DNA from: Ruditapes philippinarum
Lineage: Eukaryota
Direction of reading: 5' to 3'
DNA: 64,000 nucleotides
Assembly (NCBI RefSeq): GCF_026571515.1
Contig: NW_026864914.1
Span: 248,001 to 312,000 of the forward strand
In this document: positions 53,256 through 64,000 of the stretch, piece after piece
Layout: each line of letters begins with the position of its first letter
Position numbering within the stretch: the stretch's first letter is position 1
The notes under the pieces: model-generated
Databases searched by the model: none
Seen by the model: the letters and a program-made list of their open reading frames with translations, nothing else
What the model was told of the DNA's origin: nothing
Made by a program: the position numbers and the translations under genes

Positions 53256-53509
53256 TTTGTTTGTTTGATTGGGTTAAGTCACACCGACACAATATAGATC
53301 ATATGGCGACGTTTCAGAGTTACTGGTTGAGGAAGACCTCAGGTGCCCTTCCGTGCATTATTTCAGGCAGGAACGGACATCCGAGTAGTACAACCGACGT
53401 TCCGTAAGCTAGCTGGATAGCTGCCTCACATGAAAGAATCGAAAGGTATTCGAATTCACAGGGGTGAGAGGCCAGTGGTTTGAAGTCAACAACCTGACCA
53501 TGGACGCCC
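53256..53509 (-). mobile_element. Major tRNA-derived SINE
   Basis: Homology to other copies; (AAAC)n tail. Confidence 0.92.
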
Positions 53510-54150
53510 GCTAAGTCCATTTAATGTACAGGCTGAACAAATTAAAGTTAAAACATCAAAATTTGAATTATGATACCTGTTCTCCTGCGTTATTTGGCCA
53601 TCTATTTTTAACCAAAGTTGTAACTTTAAAACATTGTTTCTTCGCCATTGGGTAACACAAGAACTTTCTTTTAACCTGTAAGAAAAACTGCAAGGAAAGA
53701 CTTTCACACAAAAGACACTTGATAAGTTAAAATTTTATACAAATCCATCATAACATTAAATAAAAAATATGATTTTATGGATTTGTTGTTGTTGTTTTTA
53801 CTTCTTAAAGTTCATTTGTTTGTTTGGTTTTTTTTCTGTTTTTTACGCCGAGTTCAACATGTTTAGGCCATCTCTCACCGGTGGAACTACAATACCGGCT
53901 TTCTTGTATAACCAACAAGTAGTTACCAATTTCTCCGCAAGTCAACGACTAATTACCTCAAATGATTTCTGTATAAGCGGTTTAAAGAGAAATGACCATT
54001 AGACTCAAGGACATTTCGACTCGCCCTATGATTAAACAAACGACTCCTGAATAACAAATCAAATCGAATGCCATCTCTATTGAGCTAAAGATGCGGATAA
54101 AATGATAATAAAAATAATTTGATTGATAAGGTTCTTTACAGAGAAACTTA

Positions 54151-54357
54151 GCGGCAGCATGGCCGAGTGGTTATCGCATCGGACAAGTAAGTTAAGGATT
54201 GCTGACCGCGTGGGTTCAAACCTAGTCAGGGGCAAGCCGTTGTTTCTGTGAGCAAGGAACTATACACTCATTGCTTGGTACTGGTTGGTTACAGGAAGTG
54301 TTTTATAAGCTTATAGCTCAAAAATAATCGAACTAACATGAATCAGTACAAACTAAC
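54151..54357 (+). mobile_element. CORE-type tRNA-derived SINE, near full length
   Basis: A box TGGCCGAGTGG, B box GGTTCAAACC, CORE-like GTTTCTGTGAGCAAGGAACTATACAC; homologous to 17940-18088. Confidence 0.8.
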
Positions 54358-55375
54358 CTTAAAGTAAGGTTATCAAGTTACTAGCAATTTATCAATCTTA
54401 TTTTCCATGAATTTTAAGTCAATCAGCGCTTTAACTAACGTAATAGCTGCAACATCTACAGACCTCTAGTACGTGGGTTCGATTCCTAGCAAGAGCTGTA
54501 ATCTTTTTTTCATAATTTACAATTTTACATTGTAAGTTTTTATATCTAACGGTACTTCTATTTATAAGACTCAATATTTTGAAAGAACCTATATTAGAAA
54601 AACAAAAGGAAATAATTACATAGTACTAACATCTTACCTTTCCGTTGCTTTCATTTTTCTCTCGTAGAACTGAAATGCTGCTTCTAACAAGCAGTCAATT
54701 GTCAACCAATTGTCAACAATTATCGTGTTTTATACATTTAGTTTAAAACATTTATCACAATTACGGTCATCATTCAGTCGACGAAATGCGCATTTAGTAT
54801 GTATAATTACTTATTTCTACTGCTTTCTTTCAAAGGGTGTAAAAAGATTTATTAAATTGAATTGCTAACTTACCATATACATGCATGTATAAAGTCACGA
54901 ATAAAAATTATATTATGAAAAGGCTATTAAATAATTGCTAACTCATGATTTTTAGATATTATATTTTATTATATCTCAAAATCATGATTTACATTTCATA
55001 TAATTAATTAATTAATTTCATTCCCCCACCCCTTTTTAAACTTCTTAATAAATGATTGGATCATTCAAGGTAGTTCTTTAAAATAAAAATCTCAATTTAA
55101 AGCAACGAGAAAATATATAAATATTATATCCTTTTATTTAAAACAATAGATGATTAAAACGTTGGTACAAAAAGACATGTTTTAATCCCAAAGCAGTTCA
55201 TCTTTCTTCTTAAAAACTGACGTTGTCACACAATAAAGTCATTGCTTTAGTCCATATGTCTTAAAGAACTCACTTTGAAAAAGACCCTGGCATTTAAAGT
55301 GACTTAAATGTAATAATCAAAAAAGGACTAATTTTAAGAAAGGTCACCCAGCCTGTTCCTGATCCGCTTTTTGCT

Positions 55376-55595
55376 TCAATTTATACGCTTCTCAGTGTCC
55401 TCTAATTTGACGCTGTATGGCGGATTAGAAAGTAGGTCATAAGTCTCTTTGTCACGTGTTACCCGTCGACCAATCAAATCATGCAGTTCCATATATTTGG
55501 CTACACAGCGGTCCATGCATACTGCCTCGCTTTTCACTAGATGGTTATCGTCGTAGTTTTGTTTTGAACATTTCCCTGAACACGTCTTCTTTACT
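55376..55595 (-). CDS. TIMM10: Tim10-like mitochondrial intermembrane-space chaperone, coding exon 2 (VKKTCSGKCSKQNYDDNHLVKSEAVCMDRCVAKYMELHDLIGRRVT...RIN*); spliced product 97 aa
   Basis: Twin CX3C motif (CSGKC, CMDRC) separated by 16 residues, followed by the Tim10-type segment E.VC.DRCVAKY.ELH..IG. Acceptor ttttatatataacag|A, TGA stop, and AATAAA on the minus strand at ~55133-55138. Confidence 0.9.
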
Positions 55596-55794
55596 CTGTT
55601 ATATATAAAAAGACGAATACTCATTATGGGATTGTACTAGTTATATTATGTCTCGGGTTTGGGGCAACCCCCTGCAAAAATCATCATATACTACACTACT
55701 GGTAATAGTCTGGTATACGGTATATAGCCTGGGTTACCGAGCATGCAGATATGAACTGCACGTAAAATACAAACATTAAGATCAATGTTCGGTC

Positions 55795-56079
55795 TTTTGT
55801 TTGTTTGTTTGTTTGTTTAATTTGGTTGTACGTCATACCGACACAGTACAGGTCATACGGCGACGTTCCAGCTTTACTGGTGGAGGAAGAACTCAGGTGC
55901 CCTTCCGTGCATTATTTCAGGAACGAACGGGCACCCGAGTAGAATCACCGACGTTCCGTAAGCTAGCTAGATAGCTTCCTCACGTGAAAAAATCCAAAGT
56001 CACTGTCGGGATTCGAACCCACAGCGGTGAGGGGCAATAGGTTTGAAGTCAACGACCTTAACCACTCGGCCATGGACGC
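55795..56079 (-). mobile_element. Full-length major tRNA-derived SINE inside the Tim10-like intron (sense to the gene)
   Basis: A box TGGCCGAGTGG, B box GGTTCGAATCC, complete body and (AAAC)n tail. Confidence 0.95.
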
Positions 56080-56403
56080 ACTTTCGGTCCCTTGCATTTG
56101 AAAAAAAACAATGTCATGTGAATACTTGTTAACCCAAGTAGCAGATATTCGTAAATATTCGATTTCAACAAACACTAATTTTTTTTTAAAATATATATAA
56201 TTCTGGACGTAATAACTAGAGAGGGACCCTTAATTTATTAATATAATAAATTATGAAATGAATGACTTAAAAACTCTAAAAGATGTCTAGAAAATGTGAG
56301 TTTTTAAGCTTCCTACTCAATCCGTAAATTCCATTTCATGGACCTTATTATGTAAATGTATAGGATATAAATAAAATAATCTTTAAACTAAAATGTGAAA
56401 GTG

Positions 56404-56690
56404 TAAATAGAGGATATTGAATGAGTGTAAATTCAATACTGAATTTATTCAACGAGTGCAATAAATTCAGTAATGAACTTACAAGAATTTAATATTCTAT
56501 TTATCACATACCCAACATAAAGACCGTTTAAAGTGAAATAAGATTCATTTTTCATTGACACGCTTAAAGTATAACGCTAACATTTAACGCTAATGACGTC
56601 ACGTCAAATATATGCACAACCGCGCAATAGCATATTTACGGAGTCGCAAAACCGGCACGGGTGTGTGATAGATTAATTTATCATTATGGT
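56404..56690. mobile_element. Hairpin-terminated non-autonomous element (possibly Crypton-like) in the Tim10-like intron
   Basis: ~45-bp imperfect inverted arms 56404-56449 / 56460-56503 and a small TGATA...TATCA hairpin at the other end. Family call tentative. Confidence 0.5.
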
Positions 56691-57171
56691 AAAACTCATA
56701 AAGTGAATTACTTTAAATTTTTAAAGATATTTTAAATATGTATGGATGAACCGCAGTTTGCATTTGCCAAAAACACCCATAATAATAATTCTTTTGTAGT
56801 CTGTTGTTATGTCTGATACTAAAATCTATCACACACACTATTATTTATTGAATTACAGACCTTCAACTATCTAGACCATTAAAAGGCGGGTGGGCAACGA
56901 TAAACATTCTTAAGGAAATATAAATGAACATTACTTGCGTCCAATATACAGGTAATGTCCGGTCTAATTTCATATCAAACCAAGACACAGTAAGCAGCAT
57001 TATAACATGTACATTATGTACATTGCATTTTTTTTCATAAGTTATATATAATAATTCTAAGTTATTTATAAATTATAGTAATTACTAGTAATTCATAATT
57101 CTGGTATTTATATAAATACAAAAAAGTAATGATGATTGAATTGAATATATTTGAGTGCATTGTCCTTATTT

Positions 57172-57372
57172 AAATGCATAAATAACCCTTACTGCGTTAG
57201 TAAGGCAGTAGAAATATAGTTGTTAATACTAAGTAATCAGTCATTTACCGCACATAACATGTAAAATATTGTAAACTAGAATCTTGAATCATTTTACGTT
57301 TCCTAAAGTCGTAGTACATATTTCAAGTTTGATTTAATTGAAATATTTTGACCCATTTGGAGGCATGCAGCT
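57172..57372 (-). mobile_element. Terminus of a Kolobok-like non-autonomous element
   Basis: TGCAGCT|TTAA terminus; homologous to 30881-31080. Confidence 0.6.
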
Positions 57373-57698
57373 TTAATCAAAATGAATTTAAAATAAATTA
57401 ATAAATAACATAACATAACATATATAATAAATACCGCTGTCTACAGAATGACTTGTTTGCAAACGGTAATCTACTTTCGGTTTAGATTTCGATGGAAATA
57501 TCTATAAAGACCTATCTTACTTTCAATATATTCAACAATGATTTAATCTAAAAATGATCATAAAACTATAAATATCTTTAAGAGGCTTTAAGGGTTAAAT
57601 TGTCACGCGAACATCAAATTGTTATTACTGGATTGAAATTATATCTAAAGAAATACCGTGTCGCATATTCACAACAGTGGTATGAAAGTTGCACTTAC

Positions 57699-57772
57699 GT
57701 GTTAAACGTTTCGATAAGAAGTTCTTCCATCGTGGACAGAACTTTCTGTTGATCCTGGCTCATATTTGCCAT
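57699..57772 (-). CDS. TIMM10: Tim10-like small TIM chaperone, coding exon 1 (MANMSQDQQKVLSTMEELLIETFN + 2 nt of Thr codon)
   Basis: ATG at 57772 in a good context (aacATGG). The frame is open to a canonical donor AC|GTAAGT (intron starts at 57698), and phase 2 joins in frame to exon 2. Length and position match the N-terminal helix of Tim10, though the sequence is divergent. Confidence 0.8.
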
Positions 57773-57930
57773 GTTGTCTAACTGTTTCTACCCGTAAAGT
57801 ATCAAAAAATAAAGTGAACACGTGCAAATGAAGAAAATTATTCGTTGAATGTCACAGCATTGTTTACATCGGAAGTCCAAAAGCGGTGTAAACAGTTACG
57901 TGTCGTAAGCATATCACGCCGTAATAATCA
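57773..57930 (-). promoter_or_regulatory. Probable 5'UTR/proximal promoter of the Tim10-like gene
   Basis: Locally CpG-richer than the flanks, with an E-box CACGTG (~57819) and an ETS/GABP-type CGGAAGT (~57870) directly upstream of the ATG. Motif match only. Confidence 0.35.
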
Positions 57931-58753
57931 CTTGAAAGCGAAAGGAGAAGTAAAATGGTATTTATTTATATGGCAAGTATTATTTTGATTTAACGCTGCC
58001 AAATCAAATATTGGTAAAAACTAATGCTGATTACATTAAATTTAAATTTTATTATATATCATTTCTTTAACGAGCGCAGAATCTTTTCTGCTTAGGAGTC
58101 AATTATTATAAATAAATAAATAAATCTTAAAAAGAAAACCGAAAGAAGAAGTGAAATAACAAGTAAAATAGTATTATCATTAAACATTATTTATCAAGGT
58201 AATGGTATGGAAGTATTATTTTGATTTGACCTTACGGTAATAAATCTAGGTACAAAGAAATACTTACAATCTTGATAAACTCAGCTCCTAATTACCCTAC
58301 GATAAATGCAAACATCTCATGAACTAATTAGTCCGATTGGTCACGTATAAATGATTAAAAAATGACAAAATCGTATGTTTCTAACACATCATTGTGCCTA
58401 TATTATGATAAAAACTATTGTCATGTGTTAACTGTCAACTGACGAACCTCAAATGATAATGAGAGGTCGACAACTCTGGAAGCTACTCTCATCACAAAAC
58501 TTTTTATTACCTCCCTTTAGTTACATAATTATTTTAAACTGACTTATCACTTCATGTCACCATCATCTCAATCACATCATAATTAAAATGCGTTCCTGTT
58601 ACTGATGGAGGTAGCAGTCATTTACGTGTTCAGTTCATTACAATCGTGGTTAAGGGTCTCCCATTTGAAATCAAAATTCAAAGTCATATAACTTCCTTCT
58701 TGTAGAATTTTTTAGCGTATTTATTTTTGTCTTGGTATTTTCGGAGTTTTTTT

Positions 58754-59022
58754 NNNNNNNNNNNNNNNNNNNNNNNNNNNNNNNNNNNNNNNNNNNNNNN
58801 NNNNNNNNNNNNNNNNNNNNNNNNNNNNNNNNNNNNNNNNNNNNNNNNNNNNNNNNNNNNNNNNNNNNNNNNNNNNNNNNNNNNNNNNNNNNNNNNNNNN
58901 NNNNNNNNNNNNNNNNNNNNNNNNNNNNNNNNNNNNNNNNNNNNNNNNNNNNNNNNNNNNNNNNNNNNNNNNNNNNNNNNNNNNNNNNNNNNNNNNNNNN
59001 NNNNNNNNNNNNNNNNNNNNNN
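58754..59022. other. Assembly gap (269 N)
   Basis: Run of N. Confidence 1.
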
Positions 59023-60180
59023 AAATAGTGGCACGTCAGTGATTGGAATGCAGTTTGATATAATTCATATGGCTGTTGCAGATAATTTTTCCTTATTTGA
59101 CAATTTTTAAATGCATTGTTGAAAAAGCGTTTAAAAAGTCCATAAATTCCTCCCTAAACAGTAAACACACAATATGTTGAAAGCAGGTTTTTTTTCTCCT
59201 TTTATAATAATAGTGAACAATGCATCAGGGGAGTTAGAAATCATATTTTCGGAAATGTACAATAATATAAAAAATTTCATATCTTTTTACGATGGACAGG
59301 ACGTAACAAGAGTCGTATTTGAGGATATCAAAGAAATATGTTGGGACTTTTTGGGAGGTTACTATACTCATATTCATGGACTATGTAGGGAAGACTACCA
59401 TATTCATATCTATGAAAGGGAGGTTACTGGAAAGGAATCTTATTTTAGAATTATATAAGGCATAATTTTTGTTTGTTTTTTTTGTTTATTTTATATTACA
59501 CCACAGCACTTAATAAATATAATAAAATTAGATTGTTTTCCAGATTTCATGGATTTTGTTTTAATATAATTCTAAAAGTATGATTTACACACTGTCAGAT
59601 TTTTAAGTAATGCGTTTAAAGGCGCCCTATGTCTTACCCCTATAAAATACGATAATTAAGTTACTTAACTTATAAAGATTTTAAAGTCGTAAAATTGCCC
59701 AAATGAAAATAGTTTTCACCTTGCAAAAAGTGGTAAATTTAAGTTTAAGGTAAATTTTCGACTGATCATAACTCGAATTCAAATCAGGGTGGGTTTTGGT
59801 GTTTTTGATTTTTTAAAATAATTTATGCAAATCTCATCTACCCACGATTCACAGCATGCAAATTTCTTACAATCCAGAAAGTTCGATAACAAAAACGGTA
59901 TGTAATTTTATGCTAATACGTTGCAATACCAAGCTTTTAAAACTTTCATTTTTCAAGAGGTTTTGTCGGGAATACACTTCAAGCTTAAACTTTTTTGCAT
60001 AATCATGGTTTATTCATAAATAATATCGTCTTAAAATTGCTAATAGCTTTTCTTGCACGCACACATGCACACTTATTTATATTATTAAGATATGTAGATG
60101 ATGAAAACATACACTTTAGAGTATGATGATTTTATATAAAAGTGGTGCAAAAAAAAAGTACAGTGCGTTGATTGCGTATC

Positions 60181-60337
60181 ATAGTAATAATAATAATAAT
60201 AATAGTCATAATAATAATAGTCGTAATAATAATAATAAAATAATGATAATGATAATAATTATAATAATAATGTTATTAATAATAGTAAAATAATAATGAT
60301 AACAAAAATATAATAATAAGAAGAAACTTGTAACCAT

Positions 60338-60370
<33 letters not shown>

Positions 60371-60403
60371 AATGATGATGATGATGATCATGATGCTATT
60401 ATT
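60181..60403. repeat. Compound (AAT)n / (CTG)n / (GAT)n microsatellite
   Basis: Visible. Confidence 0.92.
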
Positions 60404-62615
60404 GTATTGCCCATTGAGGTGTCAATATTATGCACAACTGGCTTTACAGGAAATTGTCGAAATCATATTATTTATTTTCTTTTAACTGAAAATTCGAGAA
60501 ATGCATGTTGAATTGACACTTTGTGGCCAGAGTGTAGTAAAAGAGAACATAAGACAGACGGGATACTACAATTAAGGCATCCTTATACAGTTAAACCTTT
60601 TATTGTGGCGGCATAGAGTGTCTAAAAAGTCGGCGGAGGAAAATGTTTTACTGTAAAACTTTACTAAATCAAAACTTAGTCCCTACTGACAACACACATA
60701 TATAATATATGTTTGTCAATGATCGCGTGTCTTTAAAATAGATAGATATTCTAATTGTATGATTGATAACCGATATGAGAATAAAATATTCACAGAGTAG
60801 CAGGCAACCGTAAAATCTTTAATATCTTGTCATTAAGGTATGGTTATTAAACCATGTTTATCTTAATGATTTGAATAAGTATCAAAGGGATTTTGGCGAG
60901 ATGATAACGATACATCAAACGTTGCATGATTTATCGATTCGTTAAAAACTTAGACAAATTAATCATTATATTAAGATTAACGCCTGCTGGGTGAATTGAT
61001 TGAGCAAAGGTGTGAGGTAAAAGAAGTGCTACTATTTTTGTAAATTTTGTGGGTTGTAAAATAAATTTGTGTAATCACTGTTGTATAGCGTTCACCGGAA
61101 ATAGCCCCTCGAAACACCTAGTCAAACGAAAGTAAAAAGGTTTACGTCGAGTTCACCCAAGGTTATGTTTCAACTTATTGCTCAATCATAGCATCATCGA
61201 CTTTTCTAAACTAAACTATATTGTGAAGCTATATATGTCTGGTTTTAAAAATTTATTGTGCCACTGAACTTTCCTTGCCTGTTACCGACGATTCTCTGAC
61301 ATTCCATTATTACTTTTCAAAGTGGTTCAATTGTCATTTTTTCTCGTCATTTTTCTTCTTCTGAAGATTCAGTTGTAAGAAAAAAGCTTCAAAACAATTG
61401 AAGGTTGAGCTTTCCTTTACGGTTTATATGCCTAATATTATGACGAAAAATGTAAAAAAAAAATCTATTTAAAAACAAAAGGTGTTTGTTCGCCACCGAA
61501 TTTAAAGTAATGGTAAGAGCATCGAAACACAAGGCTATCTGATTTGTGATGGGGCGAAAATATGCAAAAATAAAGTTGTCAAAATATGATACTCCAGAAA
61601 AAAGTAACCAATAAACAAGCATCTGAATATGATATTTCAATCCCTGTCCTTTAAATTTCTCTGTCGTTACAATAAGCAAAATTCAGACAAAATGAGCCAA
61701 ACAATGGGCATGCTCTTGAGTAACTTACACCTGCACTCCAGTTAACGCACCGTGCATGTATAATGTATAACACATTTTCAACGGATGATACAAACGAATT
61801 TGTGCATTTACAGGCACTTGGTAAATTAAGTCGATATATCATCTATATACATGTATGTATTCGGTTTACCTTTTAGACCAAATTAGGGGCAAGCACGATT
61901 AAAACATACCTTGCCGCGGAAAGATCGTGCATACTTAATGAATTACTATTGAATTCATGCTGTTTTGTCATACAGTTTATGCAAAACGAACTGAATTAGC
62001 TAAGCATATTTTTACATAAAATTTATAAAACCAATTATGCTCAATGAATAACAATTTCTATATTGGGTATCCAGACGACATTTACGTTTTTACTATCTAA
62101 TATGAGACATATTTTAAGGACATCTTTTTATGATTTTGGTCTTTTTTAAATATTTTGTTGACGCACTGCGGCATTTTAAAGACAATTTAACACTTACAAA
62201 TTAAACAAAATGCTAAAAAAGGCCTTAGTTTTATTATGTTGTAATTAAAGGAATTAGAACATGTTAGATACTTAGTAAGTAAAGAAAACAGCATTTATTG
62301 TGAAATAATTTGTCATTAATGTAATAAAACATAAAAAACAATTTGAAATTGTCTTCTAAACAAAATATTTTAATATAACTTAACGAATGATTTAAAATGG
62401 TTCACTGAATAATGCAGTATTTAGTCATAGATTTCTAACACTTTTAGACATATCAACTCTTCTAATTGATGCAAAATAGACCAGAAAGCAGCGATAAAAA
62501 AGAACTGACGGAGACTCATGGGCTTAGAAAGTCTTCAGATTATATGCAAATATAGTATCATTAAGTCTTCCAAATGAATGCATGTCGTCTGCTTAATATT
62601 TATGGTGATTATGAA

Positions 62616-62862
62616 GGCGTCTGTGACCGAGTGCTTAAGGTCGCTGACTTCATCTCCGCTGTAGGTTCAAATCCCGATAGAGACTTTGGATTCTTTCATG
62701 TGAAGAAGTGATTCAGCTTGCTAACGGACCATCGGTGGTTCTACTCAGGTGTCCGTTAGTGTCTAAAATAATGCACTGTAGGGCACCTGTGGTCTTTCTC
62801 CACCAATAAAGCTGAAAAGTTGTCATATGACTTATACTGTGAAGGGGATCTGTTTACCCTAA
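62616..62862 (+). mobile_element. Major tRNA-derived SINE (diverged)
   Basis: A/B box remnants and conserved body. Confidence 0.88.
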
Positions 62863-63445
62863 CACACAGAAAAATTACGATGTTTGCTTTACGTATTGCA
62901 TGCTTTTTATTTCTATTATAATGTTTGTTGTCGCAAAACAAGTCAAAAACTACACAAATTGAAAGTGCTCAAATATTTATCATCCATTTTATGTGTAACC
63001 ACCAGACCATTCAGTGTTATTACATTTCCTCGCTGCGTTTGCAAATCAATACTAGAAAGTGCAAGTCTAATTGCAAACTGTACTTTTTACATATTTACAT
63101 ATCTGCACGTATAAAAGGAAGCACGGAATAAATCTTGTTTACTGAGAGAGAGTCTATGCGTGGATAAAAATAACTTGTCAGATCACTGCCTTATCGTCAA
63201 GAAATCAGTTCACTGGTTCGAGGTCCTATAAGCTAAGTTCTTTTAAGACCCTTATCTAGGCAACTTTTTTAAATGCTCGAGAGTTAGGTTATGATTGTCA
63301 GGATTATTTAGAAAGCCGTCGGTAAAAAAGTCGTAGTTCTTACTTAAATGTAAGTGAGCGGTTCTCTAATGGTGAGAATTATATCATTTTCTTGTTTAAT
63401 CCATCAAAAACAAAAATACCACATGTTTCTGTTCTATCTTGTCAA

Positions 63446-63585
63446 TTTGTTTTGTTCAGTTTTAAGTCACACCGGCGCTGTAAAGGTCATACGGCGACTT
63501 TCCAGCTTTTCTGAGTACCTCTTCGTACATTACTTCGGTATACAAGCAGGTAATTGAGTAGAATCACCGACTTTCAGTAAGCAAC
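63446..63585 (-). mobile_element. Partial copy of the major SINE
   Basis: AGGTCATACGGCGACTTTCCAGCTTT...GAGTAGAATCACCGAC. Confidence 0.75.
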
Positions 63586-64000
63586 CGAGCGGTCATTTGT
63601 CGGCAACAATTGTACTTATACCTTAATTGTGGCGAGCGTTAAGACAACAAGAAAAGCGCCGCGCGACAAAAGTGTGTACGACACTCGAACTACGAATGAA
63701 AATGCGCGTTTTGTCATGCGTTGCTAGCAGAAGGCAAACAAAAACAACAAAAAACAATATAACGAAACAAGTTGATTTTTGTCTCGTTTTCGCTAAAAAC
63801 ATGACAAACACTGGTGTTGCATTGCGAATGATATAGCAAATGATGATGCAATGGCAAGTTACCAAAAAGGGGGAACTGGATACGTTTCCTTCATATTTTC
63901 CAAGTTACATTGAAACTTTTCAAAGGAGTTAAATTTAAAGCGAAACATGCACTATTTTCGGTATCTTGACAAAAGCCTAGCTTGAAATTAATTAATTTAG

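Larger units (their letters stand above)
48403..54669 (-). ncRNA. Candidate spliced non-coding/small-ORF transcript (exons 54638-54669, 53577-53675, 50285-50328, 48403-48484)
   Basis: Four short unique segments, each bounded by a polypyrimidine-CAG acceptor and a GT donor on the same strand; no long ORF after joining; no expression evidence. Confidence 0.35.

Noticed and set aside
55596-55624. Single-exon Tim10 ORF starting at MSIRLFIYNR as given in the ORF track
   Set aside because: A canonical acceptor at 55596 and an in-phase upstream exon with ATG and GTAAGT give a normal-length protein
58658-58675. miR-29-like sequence CCATTTGAAATCA
   Set aside because: Seed (AGCACCA) is absent and there is no hairpin partner
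58684-59110. Long ORFs containing X runs
   Set aside because: Artefacts of translating the N gap

Overview
This is very AT-rich animal genomic DNA, not prokaryotic. The repeat content (tRNA-derived SINEs, Helentron/HINE-like elements with GACG/GACA microsatellites, RTE-X-like LINE ends, TIR MITEs) suggests a bivalve mollusc; that assignment is inference. Only one protein-coding gene is well supported: a two-exon, minus-strand, divergent Tim10-like small TIM chaperone (57772..57699 + 55595..55376, 97 aa, twin CX3C). Directly downstream of it on the same strand is a chain of short exon-like segments with good splice signals and no long ORF, a candidate spliced lncRNA or small-ORF transcript. 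The main structural feature lies inside an extremely AT-rich cryptic ~30-bp satellite (about 31.3-40.4 kb). It is a nested inverted duplication of the form A-B-S-A'-B', best explained as an inversion with duplicated flanks (dupINVdup) with a 5-bp microhomology junction. The rest is transposon debris (LINE 3' ends, a Mutator-like 3' end, piggyBac-, Tc1/mariner- and Kolobok-like non-autonomous elements, many SINEs), minisatellites, a perfect 194-bp inverted repeat and a 269-N assembly gap. Most ORFs in the supplied track look spurious. I see no evidence for a novel multi-gene system.
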